NCBI GenBank assembly: GCA_035762545.1
Contig: DASTOM010000031.1
Location: 4,125-68,124, forward strand
Reading direction: 5' to 3'
DNA: 64,000 bases
Source of the DNA: Acidimicrobiia bacterium
Lineage (GTDB): Bacteria; Actinomycetota; Acidimicrobiia; Spongiisociales; ZC4RG35
Shown here one piece after another: positions 17,750 through 26,500 of this stretch. The position numbers were made by a program, and so were the translations under genes. Each line of letters begins with the position of its first letter. Positions within the stretch are counted from its first letter, which is position 1. The notes beneath the pieces were generated by a model. That model worked only from the letters and a program-made list of their open reading frames with translations. It did no database searches and was not told where the DNA came from.

Positions 17750-19864
17750 CTATCTTTGTAGTGGTAGGGAAAAGGTCACACGGGTGCCGGTGGCGCCCGA
17801 GGCGTGTTCGAGATCCGATGTCAGCTTGCGCATGATTCCAATACCCATTCCCGGACCCCGTGATTCGCTCGAAGGCGGTGCCCAGGTTCCCCAATCTCTG
17901 ATCTCGAACTCGAGCTTCCCGTCGCGATGAGCGATCGTGACCTCCATGTCTCCCTGATCCTCATCCGCATAGGCGTGACGAACCACGTTGGAGCAGGCCT
18001 CCCCGACGAGGATCATCACGTCGTCAATCACCGAAGCGGGCAGGCGATTTCTCGACGACCACATCCGCACTGCCGCCCTGACACGGGCCAGCTCCTCGGG
18101 CAGGGCGGGATATCGACCTGCGAAGTCCGATGTCGTATCCGGAGCCAGGTTGGCCACGAGGATCACGACATCGTCCTCGCGGCTCTCGTCCACGCCGAGA
18201 CCGCTGGCGAGCCTGTCGCAGATCTCGGCCGCAGTGAGTTGGATCGGGCCGGATACCAGAGCGGCGAGCCGGTCCAGACCCATCTCGAGCGGTTCACCGC
18301 GACGTTCGACCAGACCGTCCGAGTAGAGCACGAGTGTCCCGCCGTCGGGACATTCGATGGTTACCTGATGGCGCATTTCAAGAGACTCTGAGTACAGAGG
18401 ACCGGAGTTGCCCTGATCCAGCCACGTCAGCTCTCCGCCGTTTTTGACGAGTAGGGCAGGCGGATGGCCGGCTGACGAATAGGTGATCGTCCCGGCCGAC
18501 ACATCGACCAGCGCATAGAAGACCGTCACGAAGTCGGTGCCGTCGGGACTCTGGACGAACCGCTCCACTGACGAGAGCAGGTCCGCCGGCTCCGGATCAT
18601 GAAGTGCGAGAGCAGCGAAAGCGGTGCGGAGACGACCCATTGCCGTCATCGCCTTCAGACCGTGGCCGACGATGTCTCCCACTGCCAAACCGACTCTTCC
18701 GTCGCCGAGATCGAGTGTGTCGTACCAGTCGCCACCCACTTCGAAGGTGTCGTCCGCGGCCTCGTAACGGGCCCCGAGATCCATCCCGTCGATGTCGAGC
18801 AGCCGGTCAGGCAGCAGCCCTCGCTGGACCTGAACCGCCAACTCTCTCTGCCGCTCACGTTCGCGGCCCTGGCCCTCTGCCTCGGCGGCGGCGAGCACTG
18901 CTGCGGAGGCCGCTCGATCCCGCTCGTTCGACTCCGCTGCCACGAGCAGGCCCGTCATCGCGAAGGTGCCAACCTGGAGTTTTATGAGGACGAGGGCGGT
19001 GGCCGGCTCGATTCCCACGATCAGGCCTTCGGAACCGCCGACCAGGATCAGTGCGACTGTGGTTGCGATCGTCAGAGAGGTCATCACCACCGCCCTGACC
19101 CCGAACAGCGCTCCGGCGATGATCACACCGATCAGGACGGTGAACACGAGAGGCAGGTCCGTGGTGACGAGGACGAGGACGGTCATCGTCACAGATCCCA
19201 GGATCAGGATGAAGCCCCAAGGCGACATCAGAGGCCTGCGGTCGGGACTCGATCCCCAAGCCAGGATCGCCCCACCGACGAGGATCACGCCGAGAGCATC
19301 GCCCAACCACCACTGCCAGAAGGTGGCGAACAACTCGTCCCCACCCAGATATCGGTCCGCCCCGGCACCTAGCACAGCACCTACGAGAGGACCCACGACT
19401 ACAGCGCCAAGTGTGAACCAAAAGAGGTCTCGTCTCCTGGCCAGGTCGACATAGCCGATGGCCCGGGTGACGATGAGCGCACCGATCAGGGGTTCCACCG
19501 TGTTCGCCGCTGCGAATCCGAGCGACGCCATCGGCGGGAAGTCGCTGGTGACATCTATCACATACTCGGTGAGACCCGCGGCCAGGAGGATCACCCACCA
19601 GGCGCGCCCGGGTATGCGGAGCAGGAAGGCAACGGTGATGCCGGCCGGGATGAAGAAGACGCCCTGCAAGTCTGACGCCTCGACGAGCAGGATGGCCAGC
19701 TTCGACCCGATCCCATAACAGACCGCCACCAACACGAAGAGGCCGACGAGGCCCCGAGCACCGTTGCGTAGCGGCCACCACCACCAAGGTGCCTCCGCGT
19801 CGAAGGCAGGGCCGGTCGTCTTTTCCGCTGTTGGAGATGTCACCAGGGTCCTCGCCCTCGTCAA
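17750..19864 (-). CDS. Membrane-anchored PP2C phosphatase (SpoIIE/RsbU-like) fused to a C-terminal RsbW-like anti-sigma kinase (HATPase_c); N-terminal multi-TM MASE1-like sensor region
   Basis: Roughly 300 aa of TM helices, then PP2C motifs (FEVGGDWYD.., VGDIVGHG.., ..LVLYSDGLVE), then the kinase ATP-lid region LVGEACSNVVRHAY. It is co-directional with the STAS gene. Confidence 0.75.
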   Translation of the reverse strand: MTRARTLVTSPTAEKTTGPAFDAEAPWWWWPLRNGARGLVGLFVLVAVCYGIGSKLAILLVEASDLQGVFFIPAGITVAFLLRIPGRAWWVILLAAGLTEYVIDVTSDFPPMASLGFAAANTVEPLIGALIVTRAIGYVDLARRRDLFWFTLGAVVVGPLVGAVLGAGADRYLGGDELFATFWQWWLGDALGVILVGGAILAWGSSPDRRPLMSPWGFILILGSVTMTVLVLVTTDLPLVFTVLIGVIIAGALFGVRAVVMTSLTIATTVALILVGGSEGLIVGIEPATALVLIKLQVGTFAMTGLLVAAESNERDRAASAAVLAAAEAEGQGRERERQRELAVQVQRGLLPDRLLDIDGMDLGARYEAADDTFEVGGDWYDTLDLGDGRVGLAVGDIVGHGLKAMTAMGRLRTAFAALALHDPEPADLLSSVERFVQSPDGTDFVTVFYALVDVSAGTITYSSAGHPPALLVKNGGELTWLDQGNSGPLYSESLEMRHQVTIECPDGGTLVLYSDGLVERRGEPLEMGLDRLAALVSGPIQLTAAEICDRLASGLGVDESREDDVVILVANLAPDTTSDFAGRYPALPEELARVRAAVRMWSSRNRLPASVIDDVMILVGEACSNVVRHAYADEDQGDMEVTIAHRDGKLEFEIRDWGTWAPPSSESRGPGMGIGIMRKLTSDLEHASGATGTRVTFSLPLQR

Positions 19865-19899
19865 GTTATCGAAGAGTCTGTCCCATTGGCTTCGTACGA

Positions 19900-20400
19900 G
19901 GGCCTTACCAGCTTCAAATCGCGTGCGACCTCAGACAAGCCGACATCATCAATGAGATGGCGGCTCACTTGGTTGTGATACGTGGCGTGGACAAGGTCGG
20001 TTTCGCGCGCAGCGAGGGGTGCGTCTACGTCAACGCATGTTCACTGGGGCTGTTTGTTTCCGCAGCACGGCCCCGGGAAGAAGCACGATCGGCGGATCGA
20101 ACTCGACGAGTGGCAATCGCAGATCGTCGCTGAGTTTCCGAAGGCGCTGATTCGAGGGCTGATCCACAGACGGCACTCGTCATCTGAACACCGTGATGAT
20201 CCGGACTGATTCCGGAGCCAAGAGCTACTGCCACTCGGGGTATCAGTTCAGCAACGTGTCGGCGGACATCCGGCGAATCTTCACCGACGCACTCGATCGT
20301 CTCGATGTGGGTTGGACCAGAGCAGGCGAGCCCAAGATCTCAGTTGCTCGGCGGGAGGACGTCGCATTCCTGGGCACCTTTGTCGGTCCAAAGAGCTGGC
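19900..20400 (+). pseudogene. Degenerate, frameshifted ORF remnants of unknown identity upstream of tRNA-Leu
   Basis: Three different frames each carry short protein-like stretches (..HLVVIRGVDKVGFARSEGCVYVN.. / ..RRIELDEWQSQIVAEFPKALIRGLI.. / ..ADIRRIFTDALDRLDVGWTRAGEPKISVARREDVAFLGTFVGPKS) separated by stops. No intact ORF exists in this roughly 550-bp otherwise unassigned region. Confidence 0.25.
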
Positions 20401-20418
20401 CGATAGAATTGACCCAAC

Positions 20419-20502
20419 GCGGGAGTGTTGAAATTGGTAACCAAGATGGTCTCAAACACCATTGCCCGAAAGGGCTTGTGGGTTCGAGTCCCACCTCCCG
20501 CA
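20419..20502 (+). tRNA. tRNA-Leu (anticodon CAA), class II with long variable arm
   Basis: Folded by hand: acceptor GCGGGAG/CTCCCGC (7 bp), D-loop AATTGGTAA, anticodon stem ATGGT/ACCAT with loop CTCAAAC (anticodon CAA), 15-nt variable arm TGCCCGAAAGGGCTT, T-arm GTGGG-TTCGAGT-CCCAC, discriminator A. Confidence 0.85.
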
Positions 20503-20508
20503 CACGAC

Positions 20509-20535
20509 GAAGGGCCCCGACGAGCGGGGCCCTTC
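20509..20535. terminator. Hairpin between tRNA-Leu and the convergent ABC permease gene
   Basis: GAAGGGCCCCG-acgag-CGGGGCCCTTC, a perfect 11-bp stem. Confidence 0.4.
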
Positions 20536-20551
20536 CTGTTAGAACGCTGTC

Positions 20552-21328
20552 TCAGCTCGGCGCCACCACCGGCTCTCTCCGCCGGTAGATGCTCAAGGAG
20601 AGGGCGTAGAACACCACGAGGATCCCAACGCTCCACGCCAGCGCCGTCCCGGCGTGATCACCGGGAGTGCCCTGGGTCAGCAGCGAGCGCATGGTTTCGA
20701 CGATCGCAGTGATCGGCTGGTTCTCGGCAAAGCCCTGCAACCAGGGCGACATCGACTCCGTGGGGACGAACGACGGGCTGAGGAACACGAGAAGCAGCAG
20801 GATGTAGGCGAACCCGCCCGCGCCCTCAGGCGTCTTGGACAACAGCCCGAAGAACATGGCCATCCAGGTCGTGGCCAGGGTGAACAGGCCCAGCAGGCCG
20901 ACGAACCACAGCCACGCCCCAATGTCGGCGACGGGGCGGAACCCGACGAGGAACGCCACTCCCAGCACGAGGGCCGACGAGAACATGTTCGACAGGGTCG
21001 AGGACATCGCCTGTCCACTCAACACCGACGACGGGGCCACCGGCATCGTCCGGAACCGTCCGATGATCCCCTTCTGGAGATCCATGCTCAGTCGCAACGC
21101 CGCATAGGCGATTCCGCTCCCGACGCACATCACGATCAAACCCGGCGTGATGAAGTCGACGTACTCGACCGAGCCCGTCTGCGCTCCGAGTGCGTCACCG
21201 AACACGTAGACGAACAACAACAGCAGGGCTATCGGCGTCAACACGACCGTGATGATCGTGTCGAGACTGCGTGTGGTGTGCCGCAGGCTTCGCTTGGTCA
21301 TGGTCCACATGTCACTCAGAGCTCGCAT
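20552..21328 (-). CDS. ABC-2 family transporter permease
   Basis: Six hydrophobic helices, typical ABC-2 exporter permease size, located immediately downstream of the ATPase. The N-terminal 49 codons of the longer ORF overlap the ATPase and were trimmed. Confidence 0.75.
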   Translation of the reverse strand: MRALSDMWTMTKRSLRHTTRSLDTIITVVLTPIALLLLFVYVFGDALGAQTGSVEYVDFITPGLIVMCVGSGIAYAALRLSMDLQKGIIGRFRTMPVAPSSVLSGQAMSSTLSNMFSSALVLGVAFLVGFRPVADIGAWLWFVGLLGLFTLATTWMAMFFGLLSKTPEGAGGFAYILLLLVFLSPSFVPTESMSPWLQGFAENQPITAIVETMRSLLTQGTPGDHAGTALAWSVGILVVFYALSLSIYRRREPVVAPS

Positions 21329-22259
21329 AGGAGTTCTCCTTCTCTTCGCCCAGGATCTTGAAGAAGACGTCGTCCAGGGTCGGGGTCTGCTTGGTGAGAC
21401 GGGTCGGCTCGATCCCGGCGTCGCGCAACAGGAGGAACATGTCCGCCATCTCGGCCACCGAACCCGTGGTGGCAACGACGAGCATCGAGTCGACCCGGTT
21501 GATGTCGTAGCGGCCGTCCAGTGCCTTTTGGGCTGCGACCAACCGATCGTGCTCGACGAATTCCAGTTCGACTATGCCTGCGGGCAGCATCGTCTTCAGA
21601 TCGTCCGGCGAGCCTTCGGCGACGATCCGGCCCCCGTGCAGGATGGCTATCGAACCGGCGAGCCTGTCGGCCTCCTCCAGATATTGGGTGGTCATGAAGA
21701 TGGTGGTCCCGCTCCCGGCGAGCTTCTCGATCGTCGCCCACATGTCGGCGCGACCTTGCGGGTCGAGCCCGGTCGTCGGCTCGTCGAAGAATATGATCGG
21801 GGCGTCGCCCACCAGGCTCATGGCGATGTCGAGCCGGCGTCGCATCCCGCCCGAGAACGTGAGGAGGCGACGGTCAGCCGAGTCGACCAGATCGAATTTC
21901 TCGAGAAGCTCGGCGGCGGTCTGCCTGGGGTCGGCGACGTGTCGCAACTCGCCCATGAGAACCAGGTTCTCCCTCGCGGTGAGGACGTAGTCCACCGCGG
22001 CGAACTGCCCGGTGACACTGATCTGCTCGCGCACCTCCGCGGGCGAGTCCGCCACATCGAACCCACCCACCGTCGCCGTACCCCCGTCGGCCTTGATCAA
22101 TGTCGTCAGGATGTTGATCGTGGTCGTCTTGCCCGACCCGTTGGCACCGAGCAGAGCGAAAACGGATCCCTCTTCGACGCTGAAGGAGACATCGTCGAGG
22201 ACCGACAGGTCCTTGTAACCCTTCCTGAGGTTTCTCACCTCTATTGCTTTGCCAGTCAT
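21312..22259 (-). CDS. ABC transporter ATP-binding protein (DrrA-like exporter ATPase)
   Basis: Walker A GANGSGKTTT, signature LSGGMRRRL, Walker B IIFFDEPTTGLD. Start at the ATG (MTGKAIEVRNL) with an AAAGGA Shine-Dalgarno. Confidence 0.85.
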   Translation of the reverse strand: MTGKAIEVRNLRKGYKDLSVLDDVSFSVEEGSVFALLGANGSGKTTTINILTTLIKADGGTATVGGFDVADSPAEVREQISVTGQFAAVDYVLTARENLVLMGELRHVADPRQTAAELLEKFDLVDSADRRLLTFSGGMRRRLDIAMSLVGDAPIIFFDEPTTGLDPQGRADMWATIEKLAGSGTTIFMTTQYLEEADRLAGSIAILHGGRIVAEGSPDDLKTMLPAGIVELEFVEHDRLVAAQKALDGRYDINRVDSMLVVATTGSVAEMADMFLLLRDAGIEPTRLTKQTPTLDDVFFKILGEEKENSYASSE

Positions 22260-22269
22260 TGGCGTCCTT

Positions 22270-23136
22270 TCAGTCCTGGGCCGTGGCGCGGTGCACCGTG
22301 ATGTCACCGAACCCGGTCCAAGCGGATATCTCGACTGACCGATCTTTCGCCCCGGGACGATCGGTCGCTTGAAGCGTGTTGTGCACCCGTCCGAACTTGG
22401 TTCGAGCGTCTACCCACGCTGCTGTTCCCACCCCAACTCCCACACGGAGGCCGCCCGCCGCGGTCTGCATGCTGATGGCCCCCGACTCGACCTCCCCGAT
22501 GCCGATGCTGCCGTTGGCGGTCCTGGCCACGACCGAGGAGCGGGCACGAACGATCCCGATGTCGCCGTTGGCTGACTTGACCCGGAGTTCGCCGTCGACC
22601 TCTTCGATCCAGACCTTGCCGTTCGAGGTCTTGAGGACCGCGTTCCCTTCGATGTGCCCGACGCGGAGGTCACCAGTGGTGGTCAATCGGGCGTCGCCCC
22701 TGGCTGTGCCCAAGCTGACATTCCCGAACCCGCTGACCAGGTCGGCCTTGTCGGTCTCGTCGACCTGGATTTCACCTGCCCCGGACTTCAACCTGGTCTC
22801 GGCCAGACGACCATCCACCCGGATGTCACCGAAGCCATTCGAGATCTCGACGGCTGATCCCTCCGGCAGCTCGATCGTCACGTCCACTGATCCATATCGA
22901 CCGAGAACAGCACCGAAGACCCCACGTGGGTGGGGAGCCTTGACGTTCAGACGATTGCCTCCGGTCAGCTCGACCTCGGTCTTCTCGGCTGCCTCTACAT
23001 CGAGTCCCTTCGCGGGGTCGGTGGGGTTGACGACCACTGTGGTGTCCACGCGAGCACTGGCGATGACATGGACCGAGCCAATCTGCACTGCGACGGTGGC
23101 GTCAATTGGTCGTGGCGTCTCGAACGCAACCATCAC
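22270..23136 (-). CDS. DUF4097-type beta-strand repeat protein (putative adhesin / LiaF-C-terminal-like)
   Basis: Repetitive G-x-V/I-x-V segments (GSVDVTIELPEGSAVEISNGFGDIRV.., GAGEIQVDET.., SNGKVWIEE.., ANGDIGIV.., ANGSIGIGE..) with no TM helix. Start taken at the internal Met (MVAFETP). Confidence 0.7.
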   Translation of the reverse strand: MMVAFETPRPIDATVAVQIGSVHVIASARVDTTVVVNPTDPAKGLDVEAAEKTEVELTGGNRLNVKAPHPRGVFGAVLGRYGSVDVTIELPEGSAVEISNGFGDIRVDGRLAETRLKSGAGEIQVDETDKADLVSGFGNVSLGTARGDARLTTTGDLRVGHIEGNAVLKTSNGKVWIEEVDGELRVKSANGDIGIVRARSSVVARTANGSIGIGEVESGAISMQTAAGGLRVGVGVGTAAWVDARTKFGRVHNTLQATDRPGAKDRSVEISAWTGFGDITVHRATAQD

Positions 23137-23624
23137 TGCACCCATCCGGTGAAGCGGTCGCCCCCAGTCGAGACCCGACGAGACGTGGCGACCTGGCCCT
23201 GGAGGGCGGCATGTGCAGCCCGGATCAGCCAAGCGTTGAGGGAGAGCCCCTCGCTGCCGGCGGCTTCTTCGATCCGTTGCTTCAGATTCTCGGGGAGACG
23301 CAGGTTGAGCCGGGCGGTCTCCCCGTCATCGCTGTCGGCCAACTCGACCGTGTGTGACGAGGGCCCGAAGTCATCGGCGCTGGGCGGTGGGGTGACCACG
23401 AACTCGGGCTCTCCACCCCGAAGCCGGACTTCGACACTTCCGGGAGCGAGCTCGCCGGTGATCTCGTCGGCGGCCTGCGAGAGGACATCGAGAAGCACCA
23501 GACGGGTTGCGGGGTCGAGTGCGACCGCGACACGGTCGGCGAGTTCCCGGGTCTCCTCTCCATATATCTCTGTCGCGGAGATCAATTGCTCACGGAGCTT
23601 CTCCACGTGTGTCGTCAGATTCAT
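23133..23624 (-). CDS. Hypothetical protein with a C-terminal ribbon-helix-helix (Arc/CopG-like) DNA-binding domain; first gene of the DUF4097/ABC operon
   Basis: The 163-aa real portion begins MNLTTHVEKLREQL (ATG at 23624). The C-terminus RLNLRLPENLKQRIEEAAGSEGLSLNAWLIRAA fits an RHH beta-strand plus two helices. The upstream 97 codons of the ORF are non-coding-like. Confidence 0.55.
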   Translation of the reverse strand: MNLTTHVEKLREQLISATEIYGEETRELADRVAVALDPATRLVLLDVLSQAADEITGELAPGSVEVRLRGGEPEFVVTPPPSADDFGPSSHTVELADSDDGETARLNLRLPENLKQRIEEAAGSEGLSLNAWLIRAAHAALQGQVATSRRVSTGGDRFTGWVQ

Positions 23625-23625
23625 G

Positions 23626-23690
23626 GTGCCAGTATGGCACCATTTTGGCACCATGTCAACACCATTATGGCACATTCTCGTGCCACTTCG
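23626..23690. promoter_or_regulatory. Cluster of TGGCAC/GTGCCA palindromic half-sites in the divergent promoter region (candidate operator)
   Basis: Perfect 17-bp palindrome GGTGCCA-GTA-TGGCACC, a further TGGCACC half-site 6 nt downstream, then TGGCAC-attctc-GTGCCA. All lie within about 65 bp between the RHH-protein start and the amidohydrolase start. Positions are good to about 1 nt. Confidence 0.4.
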
Positions 23691-23724
23691 AGGAGGGGCT
23701 GATGACTCTGCTTCCATACCGCCG

Positions 23725-24963
23725 ATGAGCCGACTCGCCCTGCTCCCCGACCGTGTGTTCGATTCGGTGACTGGCGAGATGCTCGACGGACACGTCGTGG
23801 TCATCTCCGACGGGCGGATCGAGGCGGTGCTCGACCGAGCCGAGGCGGCCGACGTGGTTCGTCTCGCGGGCCAAACCATCGTGCCCGGACTGATCGACGT
23901 GCACACCCATCTCACAGGGCCTGAAGACGAAGGGCAGGGCTATGCACATCTGGTGATGCGAAGCGGGGCCCAGGACGCCCTGATCGGGGTGAAGCATGCG
24001 GCGGCGACTATCAGGGCTGGGTTCACCACGGTGCGGGACATCGGCACTTTTCGCGCTTTTGTCGACGTCGCACTAAAGGAAGCGATCGAGGGCGGCTGGG
24101 TCGAAGGACCCCGCATGATGGTTGCCGGCGCCTACGTGACCTGTCCGGGGGGTGGCGGTGACATCACGGGGCTCGCTGTCGATGTCGACGCGGTTCTTCC
24201 CAGGGAGTTGCGGTTCGGGGTGACCAGCGGCGTCGACGAGATGCGTAGCAACGTCCGTCAGATCCTCCGCTATGGGGCCGACTTCATCAAGGTCCTCGCC
24301 ACCGGTGCTGTGCTCACCAGCGGCACCAATCCCGGCGCACCTGAGTTCACAGAGGAAGAGTTGCGGGCCGCGGTGGAGGTCGCCACCGGGGCCGGTACCC
24401 ACGTGGCGGTCCACGCGCATGGCGCCGAGGGCATCAAGAGGGCGGTGCGTGCCGGCGCCCGATCAATCGAGCATGGTTCCCTGATCGACGATGAAGGCAT
24501 CGAGCTGATGGCTGAGCGCGGCACCTATCTGGTGGCGGACCTCTATGACGGTGACCACATCCTCGAGGAGGGTCCCCGACGAGGCTTCACCGAAGAGGTG
24601 ATGCGTAAGACCGAGATGACCACCGACGCCCAGCGCTCGGGTTTCGGGAAGGCGGTGCAAGCCGGTGTCCGCATCGCATATGGCACCGACTCGGGTGTCT
24701 ACCCCCACGGAGACAACGGCCGGCAGTTCGCCCTCTACGTCGAGCACGGGCTCTCCTCTTCCGCAACGCTGCAGTCGGCCACCCGGTGGGCCGCCGAGCT
24801 GATGGGCTGGGAGGACCGCGTTGGGTCCCTCCGGCCAGGCCTTTTTGCCGACCTCGTGGTGCTCGACGACAACCCCCTCGACGACATCACCACATTGGAA
24901 CGCCCGGCGGGTGTGATGAAAGAGGGCGTCTGGGTGGTCGAACCCTCTCTCGAAGCGTCGTAG
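23725..24963 (+). CDS. Amidohydrolase-family metal-dependent hydrolase
   Basis: GLIDVHTHL metal-binding motif, later ..HVAVHAHGAEG.. and ..IAYGTDSG... About 412 aa from the ATG at 23725. The long N-terminal part of ORF 22930-24963 overlaps the opposite-strand operon and is rejected. Confidence 0.8.
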   Translation: MSRLALLPDRVFDSVTGEMLDGHVVVISDGRIEAVLDRAEAADVVRLAGQTIVPGLIDVHTHLTGPEDEGQGYAHLVMRSGAQDALIGVKHAAATIRAGFTTVRDIGTFRAFVDVALKEAIEGGWVEGPRMMVAGAYVTCPGGGGDITGLAVDVDAVLPRELRFGVTSGVDEMRSNVRQILRYGADFIKVLATGAVLTSGTNPGAPEFTEEELRAAVEVATGAGTHVAVHAHGAEGIKRAVRAGARSIEHGSLIDDEGIELMAERGTYLVADLYDGDHILEEGPRRGFTEEVMRKTEMTTDAQRSGFGKAVQAGVRIAYGTDSGVYPHGDNGRQFALYVEHGLSSSATLQSATRWAAELMGWEDRVGSLRPGLFADLVVLDDNPLDDITTLERPAGVMKEGVWVVEPSLEAS

Positions 24964-25085
24964 GGCCGGTATACCGCCCAGAGGAAGGTAGGTGTTGTTG
25001 AATCCCAGGTTGGCGGCGCCGACGTTTTGGCAGCAACCGATCTGTTGAGTCCACGCGCCGCCCGAACCCATCAACCAACACCGAC

Positions 25086-26483
25086 CTAGGAAAGCGTAAC
25101 CGTGATGGTCGTGCCCTTTCCGGGCGCGGAAGTCGCGGCGACGGAGCCGTGCATTCTGTCTACGAGCCCTTTCACGATCGAGAGGCCGAGGCCGGTGCCC
25201 TCCTTGTGGACCGTGCGCTGCCGGCCGACGAAGTGCCTGTCGAAGACATGGGGTAGGTCGTCCGCCGGGATCCCGATTCCCGAGTCGGCGACAACGATCT
25301 CTACGCCATCGCTCCCCCGCCCTACGGTCACGCGGACCGTCCCGGTCTCGGGTGTGTGACGGAGGGCGTTCTCCACGAGATTCTGAGCGATCTGCCCGAG
25401 TCGGTCGGGATCGGTGTCGATGACCACCCGCTCCTCGACGTCGACCACGAGACCGACACCGAGCTCGTCGGCCCTCATTCGGAACCCCTCGACGACCTCG
25501 GCGACGTGAGCCCCCACATCCACCGACTCGTTCCGCAGGCTGAATTCGGCACCCTCGAGACCGGCGAGAGTCGTGAGGTCCTCGATGAGCCTGCCCAACT
25601 GCCGGCTCTGCACCCCGAGGACCGAACCGATCCGGGCCAGCTCCTCGGGGTCCATCACACCTGCCTCCATTGCCTCGGCGTAGCCGCCGATGGTGGTGAG
25701 CGGAGTCCGCAGGTCGTGACCGACACCGAGGATGAACTCCCGCTCCCGTTCCCGGGTCGACTCCAGCTCGCTGGCCATGTCGTTGAAGGCCGCACCGACC
25801 TGGTCGAGGTCGGCGTCACCCACCTCAGGCACCCGGGCCGTCATGTCGCCTGCGGCAACCTGGCGTGAGGCATCGGCAAGCGGCTCCAGACGGTTGGCAA
25901 GCTGGTCCGCAAGCAGGCGCGCCGCGGCGCCGGCCAGCACAACGATCCCGGCGAATAGGAGAAGGAGCCCGAGACCCTGGTCCCCCAGGCTGACGATCGG
26001 CGCTTCTCTAGCGAGGCCCACGAGGAGAACCAGCTGGTTCCCTCGCACGTCAACGGCCGTCGGAGTCACCACCACCAGCTCGCCGGTGGTCGACGTCGTC
26101 TCGGTCGTCTCACCTTCGTTTAGCGGCTCGCCGACGATGTCGACTCTCTCGAACAGTGGGGCGTTGGTGCGGAGCACACCCTCCTGGTCGATCAACCCGA
26201 AGGCGATCTCCGATCCGCCGGCGGTGCGGCGGATCCGACCGAAGAGAGGCCCGAGCTGGTCACCTTCGAGGAGGCGGAGGAACTCGAGAGCAGCGCCGGG
26301 ACGGTCGGCGCCCCCCGCCAGGTAGTCGTCGATGATCGTCACCGCCTCCTTGGCCGAGACCTCCAGCTCCCGGTACGTGGCGTCGATGGCCGCACGCTGT
26401 GAGGAGAACACGGCGGCGGCGAGGACCAGGACGCCTGTGACCGCGGCGACTCCGGCGATGGTCCAGAAGATGCGGCGACGCAT
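25086..26483 (-). CDS. Sensor histidine kinase (HAMP, HisKA, HATPase_c), OmpR-family partner
   Basis: N-terminal TM, sensor region, second TM, then H-box ILGVGHDLRTPLTTIGGYAEAM and G1/G2 boxes (..VADSGIGIP.., ..GTGLGLSIVKGLV..). Confidence 0.85.
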   Translation of the reverse strand: MRRRIFWTIAGVAAVTGVLVLAAAVFSSQRAAIDATYRELEVSAKEAVTIIDDYLAGGADRPGAALEFLRLLEGDQLGPLFGRIRRTAGGSEIAFGLIDQEGVLRTNAPLFERVDIVGEPLNEGETTETTSTTGELVVVTPTAVDVRGNQLVLLVGLAREAPIVSLGDQGLGLLLLFAGIVVLAGAAARLLADQLANRLEPLADASRQVAAGDMTARVPEVGDADLDQVGAAFNDMASELESTREREREFILGVGHDLRTPLTTIGGYAEAMEAGVMDPEELARIGSVLGVQSRQLGRLIEDLTTLAGLEGAEFSLRNESVDVGAHVAEVVEGFRMRADELGVGLVVDVEERVVIDTDPDRLGQIAQNLVENALRHTPETGTVRVTVGRGSDGVEIVVADSGIGIPADDLPHVFDRHFVGRQRTVHKEGTGLGLSIVKGLVDRMHGSVAATSAPGKGTTITVTLS

Positions 26484-26500
26484 GGGCTAGAGGACCTGCA

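Noticed and set aside
18855-19787. 310-aa Arg-rich minus-strand ORF and the 257-aa plus-strand ORF (18599-19372) inside the PP2C/kinase gene
   Set aside because: Alternative-frame artefacts of a high-GC gene, with extreme Arg/Gly/Pro content and no domains.
23626-23690. TGGCAC repeats as sigma-54 (-24/-12) promoter elements
   Set aside because: No TTGC -12 element at the correct spacing. Actinobacteria generally lack RpoN. The palindromic arrangement fits a dimeric repressor operator better.
22930-23724. Long N-terminal extension of the amidohydrolase ORF (677 aa)
   Set aside because: It overlaps the opposite-strand RHH/DUF4097 genes and has non-protein-like composition (Ser/Arg-rich). The homology-like sequence begins at the ATG at 23725.
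24964-25085. Imperfect inverted repeat GGCGGCGC...GCGCCGCC between convergent amidohydrolase and kinase genes
   Set aside because: The roughly 30-nt loop and no T-tract make it a poor terminator. It is probably incidental GC-rich complementarity.
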